A stretch of DNA of 64,000 bases, taken from NCBI GenBank assembly GCA_009602725.1, contig WELB01000010.1, positions 1,269,320 through 1,333,319 of the forward strand. Reading direction: 5' to 3'. This document shows positions 43,801 to 56,534 of the stretch, piece by piece (the stretch's first letter is position 1; each line of letters starts with the position of its first letter). The translations under genes were made by a program, and so were the position numbers. This stretch comes from Spirogloea muscicola (taxonomy: Eukaryota). The notes beneath the pieces were generated by a model. The model did not search any database. It saw only the letters and a list, made by a program, of their open reading frames with translations, and was not told where the DNA came from.

Positions 43801-46118
43801 CTTAGCGTGGGCATTGTACTTCAGGTAGACAGGCCCGAGGATGACACCCTGGCAATCCTGAGTTTGCACGTCCATTATCTGCACCACACGGCTGCTTTTC
43901 AGACAGTGCTGGACAGATTGTAAAAAATTGTTTATCAATATTATCATGGATTAATTCAGACCTTGCAGGAGACAGCCAGAGAGATTTTAAATCTCACACC
44001 TGCTTTTGTCCTTTTCATCAAGCTAACTGAAGCAAATGCTCAAATGCCTCAGGAGATCCTCCATGCTCAAGAAAGGGGGCTCGGAATGGATGGGCGATAG
44101 ATGGCCACATGCTGGGTGAAGATGGCCGTGCTGCACGGGTAGCTTCTTACCTGAGGTGTCACCATGTCGCAGGCCAAGGCTGCAGTCCAGTCGCGCAGTG
44201 CCTGCACGCCCTCGCCTGCATTGCTCGCGCAGATGCCCAGGAGGGGCCGGGCGCCATCTGCTAGGGCAGCTGCCTCAGCAGCAACGTTCAGTGAGGCCCT
44301 CAGCGCATCACGACCTGCTTCACTCTGGTACAATGTCCTGACGGAGGCGTCAGAGCTGCTGCTGCATGCAGAGGCGCAGGCCTTCAGCTCTGTTGCATGC
44401 TTGACGAGTTGCAGCAGGCCTTGAGTCAAGAATTCATGACCTTAAAGAAATTCAGCGAGGTTTGCTATCGCCTCAACAGCGAGGGCGGTACATGTCACCT
44501 GGAGCGACGGCTGGGACGTGCCCCTCACGTCGTTGCGATTGAAGTGGTCCAGGATCTCCCAAGCCGCCGCAAGCAGAGCATCTGCGCGCGGCCGTCCTTT
44601 GCTGGTTAGAGCCCACTATTTGCCAGCCCCAGGGGCAGCAGTCACGGCGCTAGCGCAGCAATGACGGCCTTCATACAGCAGAAATCTGAACCTGGTGCCC
44701 TTGTTCCCACTACCAAGACCCCAAGCCTGCAGCAGCCGTGCCCGCCACAGCATAGTCAAAACTGCGCTTCCTGATGAGATGATACAGCAGACCCAGCAGG
44801 ATACTCTATGAGCTCGCGGGATTGCACCGGACAATTGGAAAGAATTTGCACTCGATGGCGCAACTGTCCTAACAGAGAGGAGACGACTCGTCTGAAGCAG
44901 TCATGCACCAGCCAGTGCTGCTGCATGCCAGTATGTTTGTAAGCATGGAAGGAATGAAAAGGCTGTCTAAGTACACGCCTTCATGGCATCAGCAAGATGG
45001 GACCTGACGCGGAGGTGCCGTTGATTGCCGGCGGGCAGCGAGGTCAGCCCACCAGGCTCTGCTCATCTGTCCGCTACAACCGGGGCAACTAGCTGACACG
45101 AGTCCCTCGGGCCCCACGAGCCGATACAATCTACAGTGCGCCTGATGTTCTTAGATGTCCTGAGTCGTCTGGATCAGTTGGCACAGCTTCGGCGATGTCA
45201 TCAGACGAGGCATCCATATTACAGGTTGCCGCTGCGTCCCGGCAGGCCTCCGAGCTGCCAGAAAGCAAGCTGCCGCTGCAATGTGCGACGATATTGGCGT
45301 GTGCGACTGGACGCGCACGCACCGTCGGCGGCGGACTCCGGCGGCGGCGGCGGCAGCGGCGGCGGCGTGGCGGTGGCGGCTGCGGAGGTCCCGCAATGAA
45401 GCCGTGNACAGCTGAGAACTCCAGCTCGCCCAGGCTCCGTCGAGGCAGCGAGGACAGAGGTTAGAGACTGCAGGCCGACGCAGATGCTTAACGGCTAACA
45501 CGAGGTGCCCCTCGTGGATAGGGGGGCGGGGGAGGTGGCAAGAGGGGCCTCACGTCTCCAAGGGAGTCTCCTGCCACCTCCTGCGCCATGCGCTTGTCAA
45601 AGAAGGCGCGCCTGCACCAGCCAAAGCCGACCCCCGCGCTGCGGGCGTCAGTGGCTGGCGTCTGGCGTCCCCCCGCAGCGGCGCCGGGAGAGCCACCTCA
45701 GGCCGACTCGACCGACAAGGGGGTCAGCGTGTTGTAGCTCGGCAGAAAGGGGGTGGCGGCAGTAGCGGCAGCGGAGTAGGAGGCGCAGCGACGGCTGGGG
45801 TGACGGCAGGGCTCACAGCTTCTGGTCGTCATCGATCTCGACCTTCTTCTGGCACCCCGTGGTGGGGTTGGCGATGTTGAGCTGCACGACGCGGTACACG
45901 GGTCAGGCGAGGTGGGAGGAGTGAGCCTCAGCGGACACGCGCGCGCTACGGCGGCGGCGGCGGCGGCGGCGGCGGCGCGGCCGCAGAGGGGCGGGCATGC
46001 TACGGGCACTTGTGAAAGCCCGGCCTCGGCGTCGGGTGGGGGCGGAGCTCGGCCGCCGCCAAAGCCGCCGCCTCGATGACCGCCCAGGGCTTGCCTCACG
46101 GAGGGACGCTGCCGCCAT
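43801..46118 (-). CDS. DUF1824 family protein (likely plastid-targeted); terminal exon(s) not located
   Basis: Exons ..PESAAD|ALLAAAWEILDHFNR..|..RDALRASL..PLLGICASNAGEGVQALRDWTAAL..|..ILGPVYLKYNAHAK match the DUF1824 GIcA and GPVYLKYN motifs. The putative transit-peptide start at 46118 is uncertain. Confidence 0.7.
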
Positions 46119-46902
46119 TCCACCTCCGTCGCCGCCGCCCCCACGGCCGCCGCCACTGGCCGAGCCGCCGCTTTATCTCCCGGGCAGAGGCGCCGCTGCC
46201 GGGCCTGTTCTGGTCCAATGGCGAGCGGCCACGGTGAGGGCATCCCCAAGGGCTTGCCAGGATGGGCTCCTCAGAGGTCAGTCAGTCCTATCGTAATTCT
46301 GAAACCAGAATTCTGAATTGGTATCGTACGCCATTCTCTAATTGTCAGCCTGTGGAGCCGTCGCTCTGAATAGCTGCAATTGCTAGAAGTGTATCCAGTC
46401 CTGCAGCCCAGCCGCAGAGGAAGCAAGCGGTCGCCGTCTTGGGCGCCAATATTGCTCCCGCTGATCACCACGCTGCCACCCCTCAGGCTCGACCGTCAAG
46501 CAGGCGCCGGGCCGGCTGGTCTTCACCGATGCCGCAGCGGCCTTCTTCTGGAAGCTCACCCAAGGTGCGTAGATCAGAACCTGATGACAATCAGCTGGAA
46601 GATGTGACCACACTGCAGGCACAAGCCCTAGCAACCCTCGCAGCCTAAATGGCAAGATGATTCGCACAAACTTGTCTGACGGCACGTCGTAGAAGCAAGC
46701 ACCAGAGCTGGTCTCCTCGCTTGGACTCACAAGTCGAGGACTCGATTTCTCAGTGGACTTCACTGTTGTAGTCGAAGTTGCCACAATCAAATTGCTCAAG
46801 TCGCTCACATGCAGTGCTTGAACCTTGTTCCAGATTGTCCTAACACCAGCTCAGAAGTGTGGCAACTAAGTGCTCATTTGTCAATATTGCGAGCTGTGAG
46901 CA

Positions 46903-48694
46903 GGTCTTCCCCTGAGAGCGGGCCCGAGCCCCAAGGCTGGTCGGGGCCTCTTTGCCGCCGCGGACGTTGCGGCTGGCCAGCTTATTCACACGGCGACGCC
47001 AGTGATTGCGCACCCTACCCTGGACGCCATTGGAGAGGTCAGAGACCCTCCTGAGTTGCGCCACAGCTTTTGGCCATCCAGCACGGCCAACCTGTGTCAA
47101 TGGCAGTCTGGTGCATGCGAGGGTGCTCTGATAGCACCCCATCGGCATCTCTTGGAGACTCTTTCCACTCTAGCATTCTGTCGACCTGCATGGAGTACAT
47201 GCGCTTGCTTACGCGCGATCTGATGCCTCCAAAGATGTTGCCGCTGCACTGCGTAGCAATCTGAAGCTGTCACATCTTGCCAGGTTTGCTACCGATGCTT
47301 GAGGCAGCTACCAGTAAGCGGCAGCGCCAGCATGGAGCACCCTTCGGCAAGCGAGCTCAGCTCCAGCAAGCTCCCAATGCCAGTTCAAGTTGGCCGCGCG
47401 GATGGTGGAGGCGATGCGGCTCTATACTGCAGCACAGCATGTCAGCGTGCTGCTGAGCCTGCCTTCCTGGCCATCGAGCGAGCTTGCAACTGGGCAACAT
47501 ATCACCGCCATTGCAGGCGAGTCTAAACATGTGAGCCACCACTGACAGCAGGTCCCTTCCCCAATTATAGTCGTTCTTTTCATGCATGCACATGCACAAT
47601 CTGGGCAGTAAGAGGTCAACATACCCTAATATGCGTCCAATAAATGCCCATTATCGACTCTGTTCTGGTGAGGATCAACATGCACTTTCTGTAGTAGAAT
47701 GTAGGTTGGGATTAGTTGTAGTGGTCAGACCGAAGTCAGCCCTGGGCTTGCCGTGGGTGAGCAAGTGCTGCATTTGACTGACAATTGTGTATGCATTGGC
47801 TACCCACTACTGTCAGAGAATATGGTGTCAAGTTCCCGCTCCTGGCCCAGCGACTGGCGTGCGCAGTAGTAAGTGGGGTGGCAATGGAGGCGGCTCTCAG
47901 CCCGCTCTGCTATGCGAGGCTGCCGCCGGGCCCGCCCCCACCGCAGTGGTGCGAGGAGCACGCGTTGCTGCTGGCAGCACTGCGCCGCGGAGTTGGCAGT
48001 GCTGCGCTGGGCTTTCTGACGCTTGAGTGGTACACCAGCGTCCTCGCTCGCCTCCATCTTAACTCATTCCAGGTCGCCAGGGTGCGCTTGCTTGGCAGCG
48101 ACAGCGACTGGCTGTCCGCAGCTGCCGCAGCGTTTGTTGCTGGGAAGGGAGCCGTCGGCACCGCTGTGTATATCCTGCCGTCCCTTTACAACCACAGCTG
48201 TGGTGAGTATCAGTGTTGCTACCTCCAGCAAAATTGGCATGTATGACCATTTTGACACTTTTCTTCGCATCCGTGCATGGGCAAGTGTATGGCTGGAGGT
48301 AACTACCTTACTAGATTAATCTTCGCAGATCCAAATGTCGGCGTAAGTTGGCCAGAGGATGCAACCGCACACTTTGAGGCGCTGCGAGATATTGCAGCAG
48401 GTGACTGGCTTTTCCTGCTCGCTTTCTGTGCCCAGCTCCATTTGCTCGCTATGTACTCACTTGCGGCGATCATAACAAGGTGTAGCTCCAATGTGTCGGG
48501 TGGTGTTCTCATTTCTTCGTGAGGCAAGAACTTATGGTGTTTCTAGTTGGCTTCCTGTTGGTGCTGTGGTCCTAGGAGAGGAGCTGTGTATCACGTACCT
48601 GGATGCCAGCATGAGCCGTGCTGCACGCCAGGCGCACCTGCACCTCGCCTATGGCTTCACCTGCCACTGTGCTCGGTGCGAGGAGGGCGAATGA
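46903..48694 (+). CDS. ATXR4: SET-domain (SMYD-like) lysine methyltransferase ATXR4; start codon not resolved
   Basis: PLRAGPSPKAGRGLFAAADVAAGQLIHTATPVIAHP|VCYRCLRQL...YCSTAC...|EYGVKFPLLAQRLAC...FLTLEWYTSVLARLHLNSF...AVYILPSLYNHSC|DPN...ALRDIAA|GEELCITYLDASMSRAARQ..L...YGFTCHCARC*. Confidence 0.9.
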
Positions 48695-49469
48695 CCCAGG
48701 CCTGGGCTGCACTGATGGGCTTTGGCCCCGGCCTTAGCAGGGCACAGGGCTTATGGCGAGTGCTTTCTTGCTCTGAGCAAGAAAAGAGACTCCCCAGATT
48801 GAGCTGCAAAGAGAGGAGGCTCTTCCTCCGTCCATGAACTGGCCCGCCTTGACAGTTGCCGACATAGTCTAATCTGAAAGATGTACGAGGAATAGGTCAA
48901 GCTTATTTGATTGTCTACAGAGCAGAGTTCCGGGACTTAGTCATAGGTCTTCGGGCTTAGGGTTCAGGTGCGAGGCTGTGGTGGTTTCTATAGGACATTT
49001 GCTGCTTCTATGTTGTGCCTTGGTTCCTGGCTTTGTGTTTAAGTCAAACCGGAAGCCTACTTTAGCTGGAACTCAGCATTTTCTGAAGTGGCGTATGTGA
49101 CGCTTGCAAGTCTTCGCAAGTTGCTTACTCAGCCCTTTTAGGCACTGATCTGCAAACCACCTACTGCTTAAGCATGGCGTAGCTGCACTCTCTGTGCTAC
49201 TGCAGAAACTTTTAAATGTCAGATAAGCATGACTTGGCACTGACGGCATTTCCCTACTCACACCCCAGGACTCTTTGTTGCAGAAGCGCAGCAGAGCAGG
49301 AGGTGCCAGAAGGCAGGCGGCAAAGCTGTGCACATGCATGCGAGATCCGCGCTGCTGCTCCTGGCGCAAGCGCCTTTGTCATGGCTGGACTCATTTAGAT
49401 ATTCACCACGTGGAGCAGCAATATCAAGTCAGTTGAGGGGTTGATTTTGGAGGGAGGAGGACTTTACCA

Positions 49470-51300
49470 GTAGAGGGCGATGGCTGTGAGTGGCCAGCCT
49501 AAGAGAAGCTTTAGGGTTTCAGGCTGAGACTGGCCCCCCAATACGGGGCTCGGACGGCTCAGCGTCGGGTGCGAACACCACGCTTCAGAAGCAAGCGCGG
49601 CCAGATTAACTGGTGGCTGGGAGAGGCCAGCCCAAAAGAATGGACAAGGTCTGAAGGAGTCGGAGTGCTAAGGACTGAGACAGCAGTAAGCGAACTCTCA
49701 GTAACCTCTCGTCAGTAGATGCAAGTCTGAGTAGCTAGCAGGCGGAAAGACGTCGCCCTGACGGAAGCCGGAGGCCGCCGCCAGAGCGCGGCCTGCGCGC
49801 AAGTGGACCGCAAAAGCTAGGGACCGCTGCAAAGAGAGGGGGACAGGGGGGAGAGGGGGACACCACGCTTCAGAGAAGTGCGCGCCCATAGAGAAGAGGG
49901 GCTGGCAAAGCCAGCCCAAAAAAGAAAGGACAATGTCCAAAGCCAAAGAAAGAGGGCGTCTCGTTTCTTTTTTGTGCTTGTTCTTCGTACTTCCCCAGGC
50001 CCCTTCTCGTCCTTTGTTCATTCTTTTTTGGGCTGGCTTTTCCAGCCCCTATCCTCAATGGGCGAGCCCTTTCTTCTGGAACGGCAGCTCGGTGCTTCCG
50101 GCACTCAAAGGAGCAGGTGGTAGCGACGGGTTGGGTTGGCCCCGGGGACCTTGAAGAGTCATGTCATCCGTCGCTCTGTCGGAGGCATTACCACATACGT
50201 CACGTCATATATATAAATCTGACCTGCGACTGCTCAACAGGAGATACGAGCCTCGTAACTTGTAACTCGTAACGACTGAGAAGCAAGCGCGGCCAGATTA
50301 ACTGGTGGCTCGGAAGAAGTGGCTCTCCCAATGGGGGCAAGGGCTGTGAGAAGCCAGCCCGAAAAGAATTGACAAGGTTCGAAGGGGCCAAAATACGAGC
50401 TAAGCAGCGACTGTGGGGCCTGAAGAGGCTATGGCAGAAGGGGGGAGGATGGACCACTCAGTAGTGTCCATTCTTTTGGGCTGGCCTCTCCCCGCCACCA
50501 GTTAATCTGGCCTCGCTTGCTTCAGTACTTACGAGTAAGGAGCCTCACATCCGACAGACTAGCTGCCGTGGGAGAGGCCAGCCCAAAAGAATGGACAACT
50601 ACTGAGTGGTCCATCCTCCCCTGTTCTGACATAGCATCTTCAGGCCCCTTCGTAGCTGCTTAGCGCTTTTTTTTTTTAGCTGGCTTCCATGTCGCCGGGT
50701 CCCTCGCCCAAGTTTTCCGGATGCGCCTGGCCGTCTCTTTGCGGCGGTCCCTAGCTTTTGCGGTCCACTTGCGCGCAGGCCGCGCTCTGGCGGCGGCCAC
50801 CGGCTTCCGTCAGGGCGACGTCTTTCCGCCTGCTAGCTATTCGGATTTGCATCTACTGACGAGAGGTTACTGAGAGTTCGCTTACTGCTGTCTCAGTCCT
50901 TAGTACTCCGACTCCTTCAGACCTTGTCCATTCTTTTGGGCTGGCCTCTCCCAGCCACCAGATAATCTTGCCGCGCTTGCTTTTTTAAGGCCCCTCCGTC
51001 ATTTGGCCCCTTCGACCCTTTGTCAATTCTTTTCGGGCTGGCTTTTCACAGCCCTTGCCCCCATTGGAGTGCCACTTGCTTTCAACAGGAGATAGAAAAG
51101 CGCGCCCATAGAAAAGAGGGGCTGGCCAAGCCAGCCCAAAAAAGAATGGACAATGTCCAAAGCCAAAGCAAGAGGAGCCGGAGAAAGGACTACACTACAA
51201 CATACTGCAGAACACAGAAACGATGCAGAGGAAAGCTCAGTACCCACGAGTGAGCAACATCAGGTCTGAGTAGCTCGCTGCAGGGAAAGAGGCGCTCCGC
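49470..51300. mobile_element. Dense nested cluster of about 10 CRE-like retroelement 3' ends upstream of eIF3b
   Basis: 49590-49858 (-) and 50690-50985 (+) are near-identical to 39424-39690. 50312-50568 matches 39197-39390. 51095-51300 ends AASYSDLMLLTRGY*. TSDs and an internal inverted duplication are visible. Confidence 0.85.
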
Positions 51301-51927
51301 NNNNNNNNNNNNNNNNNNNNNNNNNNNNNNNNNNNNNNNNNNNNNNNNNNNNNNNNNNNNNNNNNNNNNNNNNNNNNNNNNNNNNNNNNNNNNNNNNNNN
51401 NNNNNNNNNNNNNNNNNNNNNNNNNNNNNNNNNNNNNNNNNNNNNNNNNNNNNNNNNNNNNNNNNNNNNNNNNNNNNNNNNNNNNNNNNNNNNNNNNNNN
51501 NNNNNNNNNNNNNNNNNNNNNNNNNNNNNNNNNNNNNNNNNNNNNNNNNNNNNNNNNNNNNNNNNNNNNNNNNNNNNNNNNNNNNNNNNNNNNNNNNNNN
51601 NNNNNNNNNNNNNNNNNNNNNNNNNNNNNNNNNNNNNNNNNNNNNNNNNNNNNNNNNNNNNNNNNNNNNNNNNNNNNNNNNNNNNNNNNNNNNNNNNNNN
51701 NNNNNNNNNNNNNNNNNNNNNNNNNNNNNNNNNNNNNNNNNNNNNNNNNNNNNNNNNNNNNNNNNNNNNNNNNNNNNNNNNNNNNNNNNNNNNNNNNNNN
51801 NNNNNNNNNNNNNNNNNNNNNNNNNNNNNNNNNNNNNNNNNNNNNNNNNNNNNNNNNNNNNNNNNNNNNNNNNNNNNNNNNNNNNNNNNNNNNNNNNNNG
51901 GCGCCCGCCGCGGCAGCCGCCGCCGCC

Positions 51928-54900
51928 ATGGCGGAGGCGGACGTGGCGCCGACGCCGCCGCACCTGCTGGACGGGGGCGAGGACGCGCGGCCGGAGCTCA
52001 AGGTGAACCTCAACATCGACTGGGGCCAGGTGGACCTCGACGACATCGAGCTGCCCCCCGGCGAGGACTTCGACATCTACAGGTGAGCGATACATGGCGT
52101 GTCATCGTGACGGCCGCCGCGAGCTCGGCGCAGCGCCATGGCCGGCGGCTGAAGGACGGGGTTTACCGCCGCCGGTGTGCAGTGACGATGACGAGGACGA
52201 CGAGGAGGGCGCGATAGAGCGGGAGACGGGCTTCGGCAGCGTGGTGATGGTCGACAACCTGCCGGTGGTGCCGCCGGAGAAGCACGACAAGCTCGTCAAC
52301 GTGGTGCGCAAGATCTTTGGCCAGATCGGCTCCATCCGCGAGCACGGCCTCTGGATGCCCGTGGACGAGGCGACGCAGCGCACCAAGGGCTATGCCTTCG
52401 TCGAGTACACCACGCCGCAGGTCAGCTGCGCCAGCCGCGCCAGCCGCCGCTTGCGCCGTCAGCCGACGCTGTCCAACGTGCCTAAGTGATTGTCAGCTGG
52501 CTTTGATCGCCTTCACTTTCTCTCTTGTCTGATGTGGCTGTTGGCCTTGGGAGTTGTGGGACAGGAGGCGCAGACGGCGCGCGAGCAGACTGACGGGTAC
52601 AAGCTTGACAAGTCCCACGTCTTTAAGGTCAACATGTTCGACGACTTTGACAGATACATGAGGGTGCCGGACGAGTACGCGCCGCCTGAGCGCAGGGACT
52701 ATTCTGCTGGGGTATGCACTGACACCTTGGCCGCACTGCTTCCTAGGCCACCTTCATCCACAGACCAATAGTTGCCCCTCTCCTCCTATCCTCGTCCCTC
52801 AGACCATGCTTTGTACTCAGTACGTCGTCTTTCTTTTTCTTTTGTAGTTGACTGGCGTTCCCTCTGTCTCTTTATGTACATGTCTTGTCACAGAACCACC
52901 GCCCCTCCCCCCCCATGTTTTCATCTTTTGTTTTTCCTGTTGCTCTTTCTTTGTTCTAATGCGCCACTCAATGGTGCACAGACATCAATACTATCTCCTC
53001 AGAGCCAGAGGTGCTGCTCAGATTTCCTTACGCAAAGGCGTGTGTTGGCCCGCAGGATAATCTGTACTCTTGGCTCATGGACGACCGGGGGCGGGACCAA
53101 TTTGTGATCCGCTTCCAGTCAGAAACAGAAGTCTACTGGAATGACGGGCGGCAGGCCAAGCCTGACCCCGTCTACCACCGCAGCGTGAGTTGCGAGAGCT
53201 GTCCTTTCTTTCTTGTCTCAACGTTTGCCCCAGCAAAGTGTTGTGGTTGAGGTTGTTCGTCAATCGTAGTTGTTGCTGCATGCGGCTCAGTGTGCACTGT
53301 GCTCAATTGCATGTCCGTCCTTATATCACAGTGCTTGATGCTGGGCCCTTGCAGTTTTGGACGGAGAGCTTTGTGCAGTGGTCGCCGCTGGGGACGTATT
53401 TGGCCACCATCCATAGGCAGGGCACAGCTATCTGGGGCGGGCCCAATTGGGCGCGCCTCATGCGCTACGCCCACCCCCAGGTATGTCAGCACCCGCGTTC
53501 ATGCCCCCCTACTGTGACCGTCATAGCAGGGCGAAGGATGTTAGAGAGAGCTGCCAAATGAGGCTGCTTGCTGTTAAGAAGGACCTTTTGCCATTCTTGT
53601 TACCACAGAGAGTGCCAGGCCCAATTTACAGGCCACACTCATCTACATAATACTTGCTACTTGATGTGAAAGCTTCTCATGTTGCTCAAGCTTCGACACA
53701 GGGCCCCATCTCTTTGATTGGAGTAGCTGCAGCAAGCAAGACACGCAACAGACAGCAACAGAAAAGTGATTGTATCTTCTTATCGTTGGTTTTGCTCCTT
53801 GTATAAAGGTCCGATTGCTGGACTTCTCACCAGGCGAGCGGTACATGGTGACCTACAGTAGCCATGAGCCTGCCAACCCGCGAGACACGCAGGTGCGGCT
53901 GCTCTTCACTTGTTCAATGGAGCACCGCTTATACGTTCGTAGAAATGCATCTACTTGGCTAGCTATTTTGGTCTTGGGGTGCAAACAGAGTGCTCCAGAC
54001 ATTCTCACTGGATCTAACGTGCAAGCAGTGCTGTTGTCATTACTGTGCGGCCCCCTTGAGCAGAAGGTGACGCTAAATATCTTTGACGTCCGGAGCGGGA
54101 AGAACCTACGCGAGTTCAAGGGCAGCGCTGACGACTTTGCCACTGGCGGCACTGGTGGCGCGGCCGGGGTGCCATGGCCTGTCTTCAGGTCTGTGGTGAA
54201 CATCAGAGAAGGCTATACTTGTCTTTGCATATATGGTGACCCCTGTTGTGGTTGTTGTCCATGTTGTAGAGTCTATTACTGGAAGACAGAAGGCATACTC
54301 TGTCTCCTGTTCACAACCTCTGCATTACAGCATGGTGATGAGTCTGCACTGCTTAGTGTTATTACTTCTTTTTTTTGGGTTATGTACTACCGTGGGGTCC
54401 TCTCTAGCTTTTTTGGCCAATGGATGTGGCTTCCTGTTCGACTGACATTGCAGGTGGGCAGGCGGCAAGGAGGACAAATACTTCGCAAGGATTGGGAAGA
54501 ACTGTATCAGCGTGTACGAGACGGAGACGATGAGTTTGCTGGACAAGAAGTCAGTAAAGGTGGACAATGTGCAGGACTTCTGCTGGTCGCCCGCCGAGCC
54601 CCTCCTGGCCATGTACATACCGGAGGCCGGCGGCGGCAATCAGCCTGCCAGAGTAAGCATCTTGGGTTGCAATTTTTTTGTCATTCATACATGCTACCCT
54701 TCAGGCTTCATGTCAGAGCCATCAATGCCTATCTGGCGCTCTACATAATGCTGTCCAAGGCATAGGCTTGCCCTCCTCAGCCTCTCCTTCATTATTTTCA
54801 TGTCTACTTCCAGAAAGCCTGCATGTTGGCAGAAAGTGTCTATGAAAGGTATTGATGGATATTATTGCAACAAATGGAGTCACTCAGCAGTTCGTCAACC

Positions 54901-56534
54901 TACCTTGCTTCCCATCAGCCTGTAGGCTTGCCTCTCTGGGTTTTCAAGTTGATATGGCCGCCGTTCTTGCAGGTGTCTTTGATGTCCATTCCAAGCCGGG
55001 AGGAGCTTCGGCAGAAGAACCTGTTCAGCGTGAGCGAGTGTCGCATGTTCTGGCAAAGTGCTGGCGAGTACTTGGCTGTCAAGGTGGACCGCTACACAAA
55101 GACGAAGAAGACGACGTACACAGGTTTCGAGTTGTTCCGAGTCAAGGAGCGTGACATTCCCATGGAGGTCCTGGAGCTTGAGAACAAGAATGACAAGATC
55201 CTTGCGTTCGAATGGGAGCCCAAGGTATGATGATGGCGATGTTTGGGATGTCATGTGCTGCCAATGCCTGAGCAAGCCGTGGTCAAGTGGCAATACTTAA
55301 GAGCAATCTAAAACAATTCACATTGTGAAGTAGATGTGTGCTACATTTATTCAATAGGTAGATTAATCTGTGGGTCCTGTATGCAGGGACACCGGTTTGC
55401 AGTAATCCACGGCGATGGGCCGCGGCCGGACCTGAGCATCTACGCAATGAAGAGTGCGACAAGCACCGGTGTGCAGCGTGTGGTCAAGCTCGTCACGCTC
55501 AAGGGCAAGCAGGCAAACGCGCTTTATTGGTCCCCGCAGGGCAAGTTCCTCCTAATAGCTGGCCTCAAGACACTCAATGGGCAGCTGGAGTTTTACAATG
55601 TGGATGAGCTCGAGACGCTGGCCTCAGGCGAGCACTTCATGGCCACGGACATTGAGTGGGACCCTACTGGCAGGTACAGGACCAGGCGATCAACAGCTGG
55701 TTGTCCCGGTAAATGAGAAATGTCAGGTTGCTTCTTTGTGCTTGTCCTCTGTTTTACCTCAGTAACTGTAGTTATCAATACCTTATGAGCTCTTAGCAGC
55801 TTGATGCCTCACGAAAGCATTGTACTCTTATTTGGCTAATCCCTGAGTACATATGGCACCCAGGTTTGTCGCCACGACTGTCACATCTGTGCATCAGATG
55901 GAGAACGGATTCAATATCTGGTCATTCCATGGGAAGTTGTTGTACCGCTTGCCCAAGGAACGCTTCTTCCAGGTGGATCAGTCGCGGCTGCTTGTTATCT
56001 CCAGTTGTTATCTCCACTTCGTTGCGTTTAAAGGGTTCAAAAACTAGAAGAAGACATGCTTTGTCGTCCTTACAGATCATGAAGTGCTGGTGCAGTAGTA
56101 CAAGTCCTTCTGAGCAGGTGTGCTGTGCATCCTCTTCTTAGTCTACTTGGGCATTAAGATTAACTAGTCCTTTTAATGTTTCGCAAAACTAGTTTCTGTG
56201 GCGCCCTCGTCCGCCAAGCCTGATCGGTCCGGAGAAGGAGGCGGAAATCATGAAGAACCTTCGCAAGTACAGCAAGCGGTACGAGGTCGAGGACGAGGAG
56301 GCTGGGCAGGCGAGCTCGGCGGCCGAGATCGAGCGTCGGCGGGCATTGCTGGACGAGTGGCGTAACTGGCAGGCCAGCTGGCGGCAGGCCGCCGACGAGG
56401 AGCAGCCGGAGCGCGAGGCTCTGCACGGCGATGCTAGCGACGAGGAGGAGGAGTACGAGAGCGAGGTGGTGGAGGTGGAGGAGATCATTGACATCAATGA
56501 GGAGGTCATTGGCTTCACCGACTCATATGGCTGA
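51928..56534 (+). CDS. EIF3B: Eukaryotic translation initiation factor 3 subunit B (RRM + WD40)
   Basis: MVDNLPVVPPEKHDKL...TKGYAFVEY (RRM), GYKLDKSHVF.VNMFDDF, WTESFVQWSPLGTYLAT.HRQG..IWGG, WPVFRW, EHFMATDIEWDPTGR, MENGFNIWSFHG, FLWRPRPP..., EEII; stop at 56534. Confidence 0.97.

Noticed and set aside
49470..51300. CRISPR-like array of palindromic repeats
   Set aside because: Repeats occur in both orientations with irregular spacing, are attached to homologous UTRs, have no cas genes nearby, and sit in eukaryotic DNA.
51190..52095. Long ORFs spanning N runs (also 37421-38377, 60102-60767, 22593-23262)
   Set aside because: Artefacts of assembly gaps translated as X.
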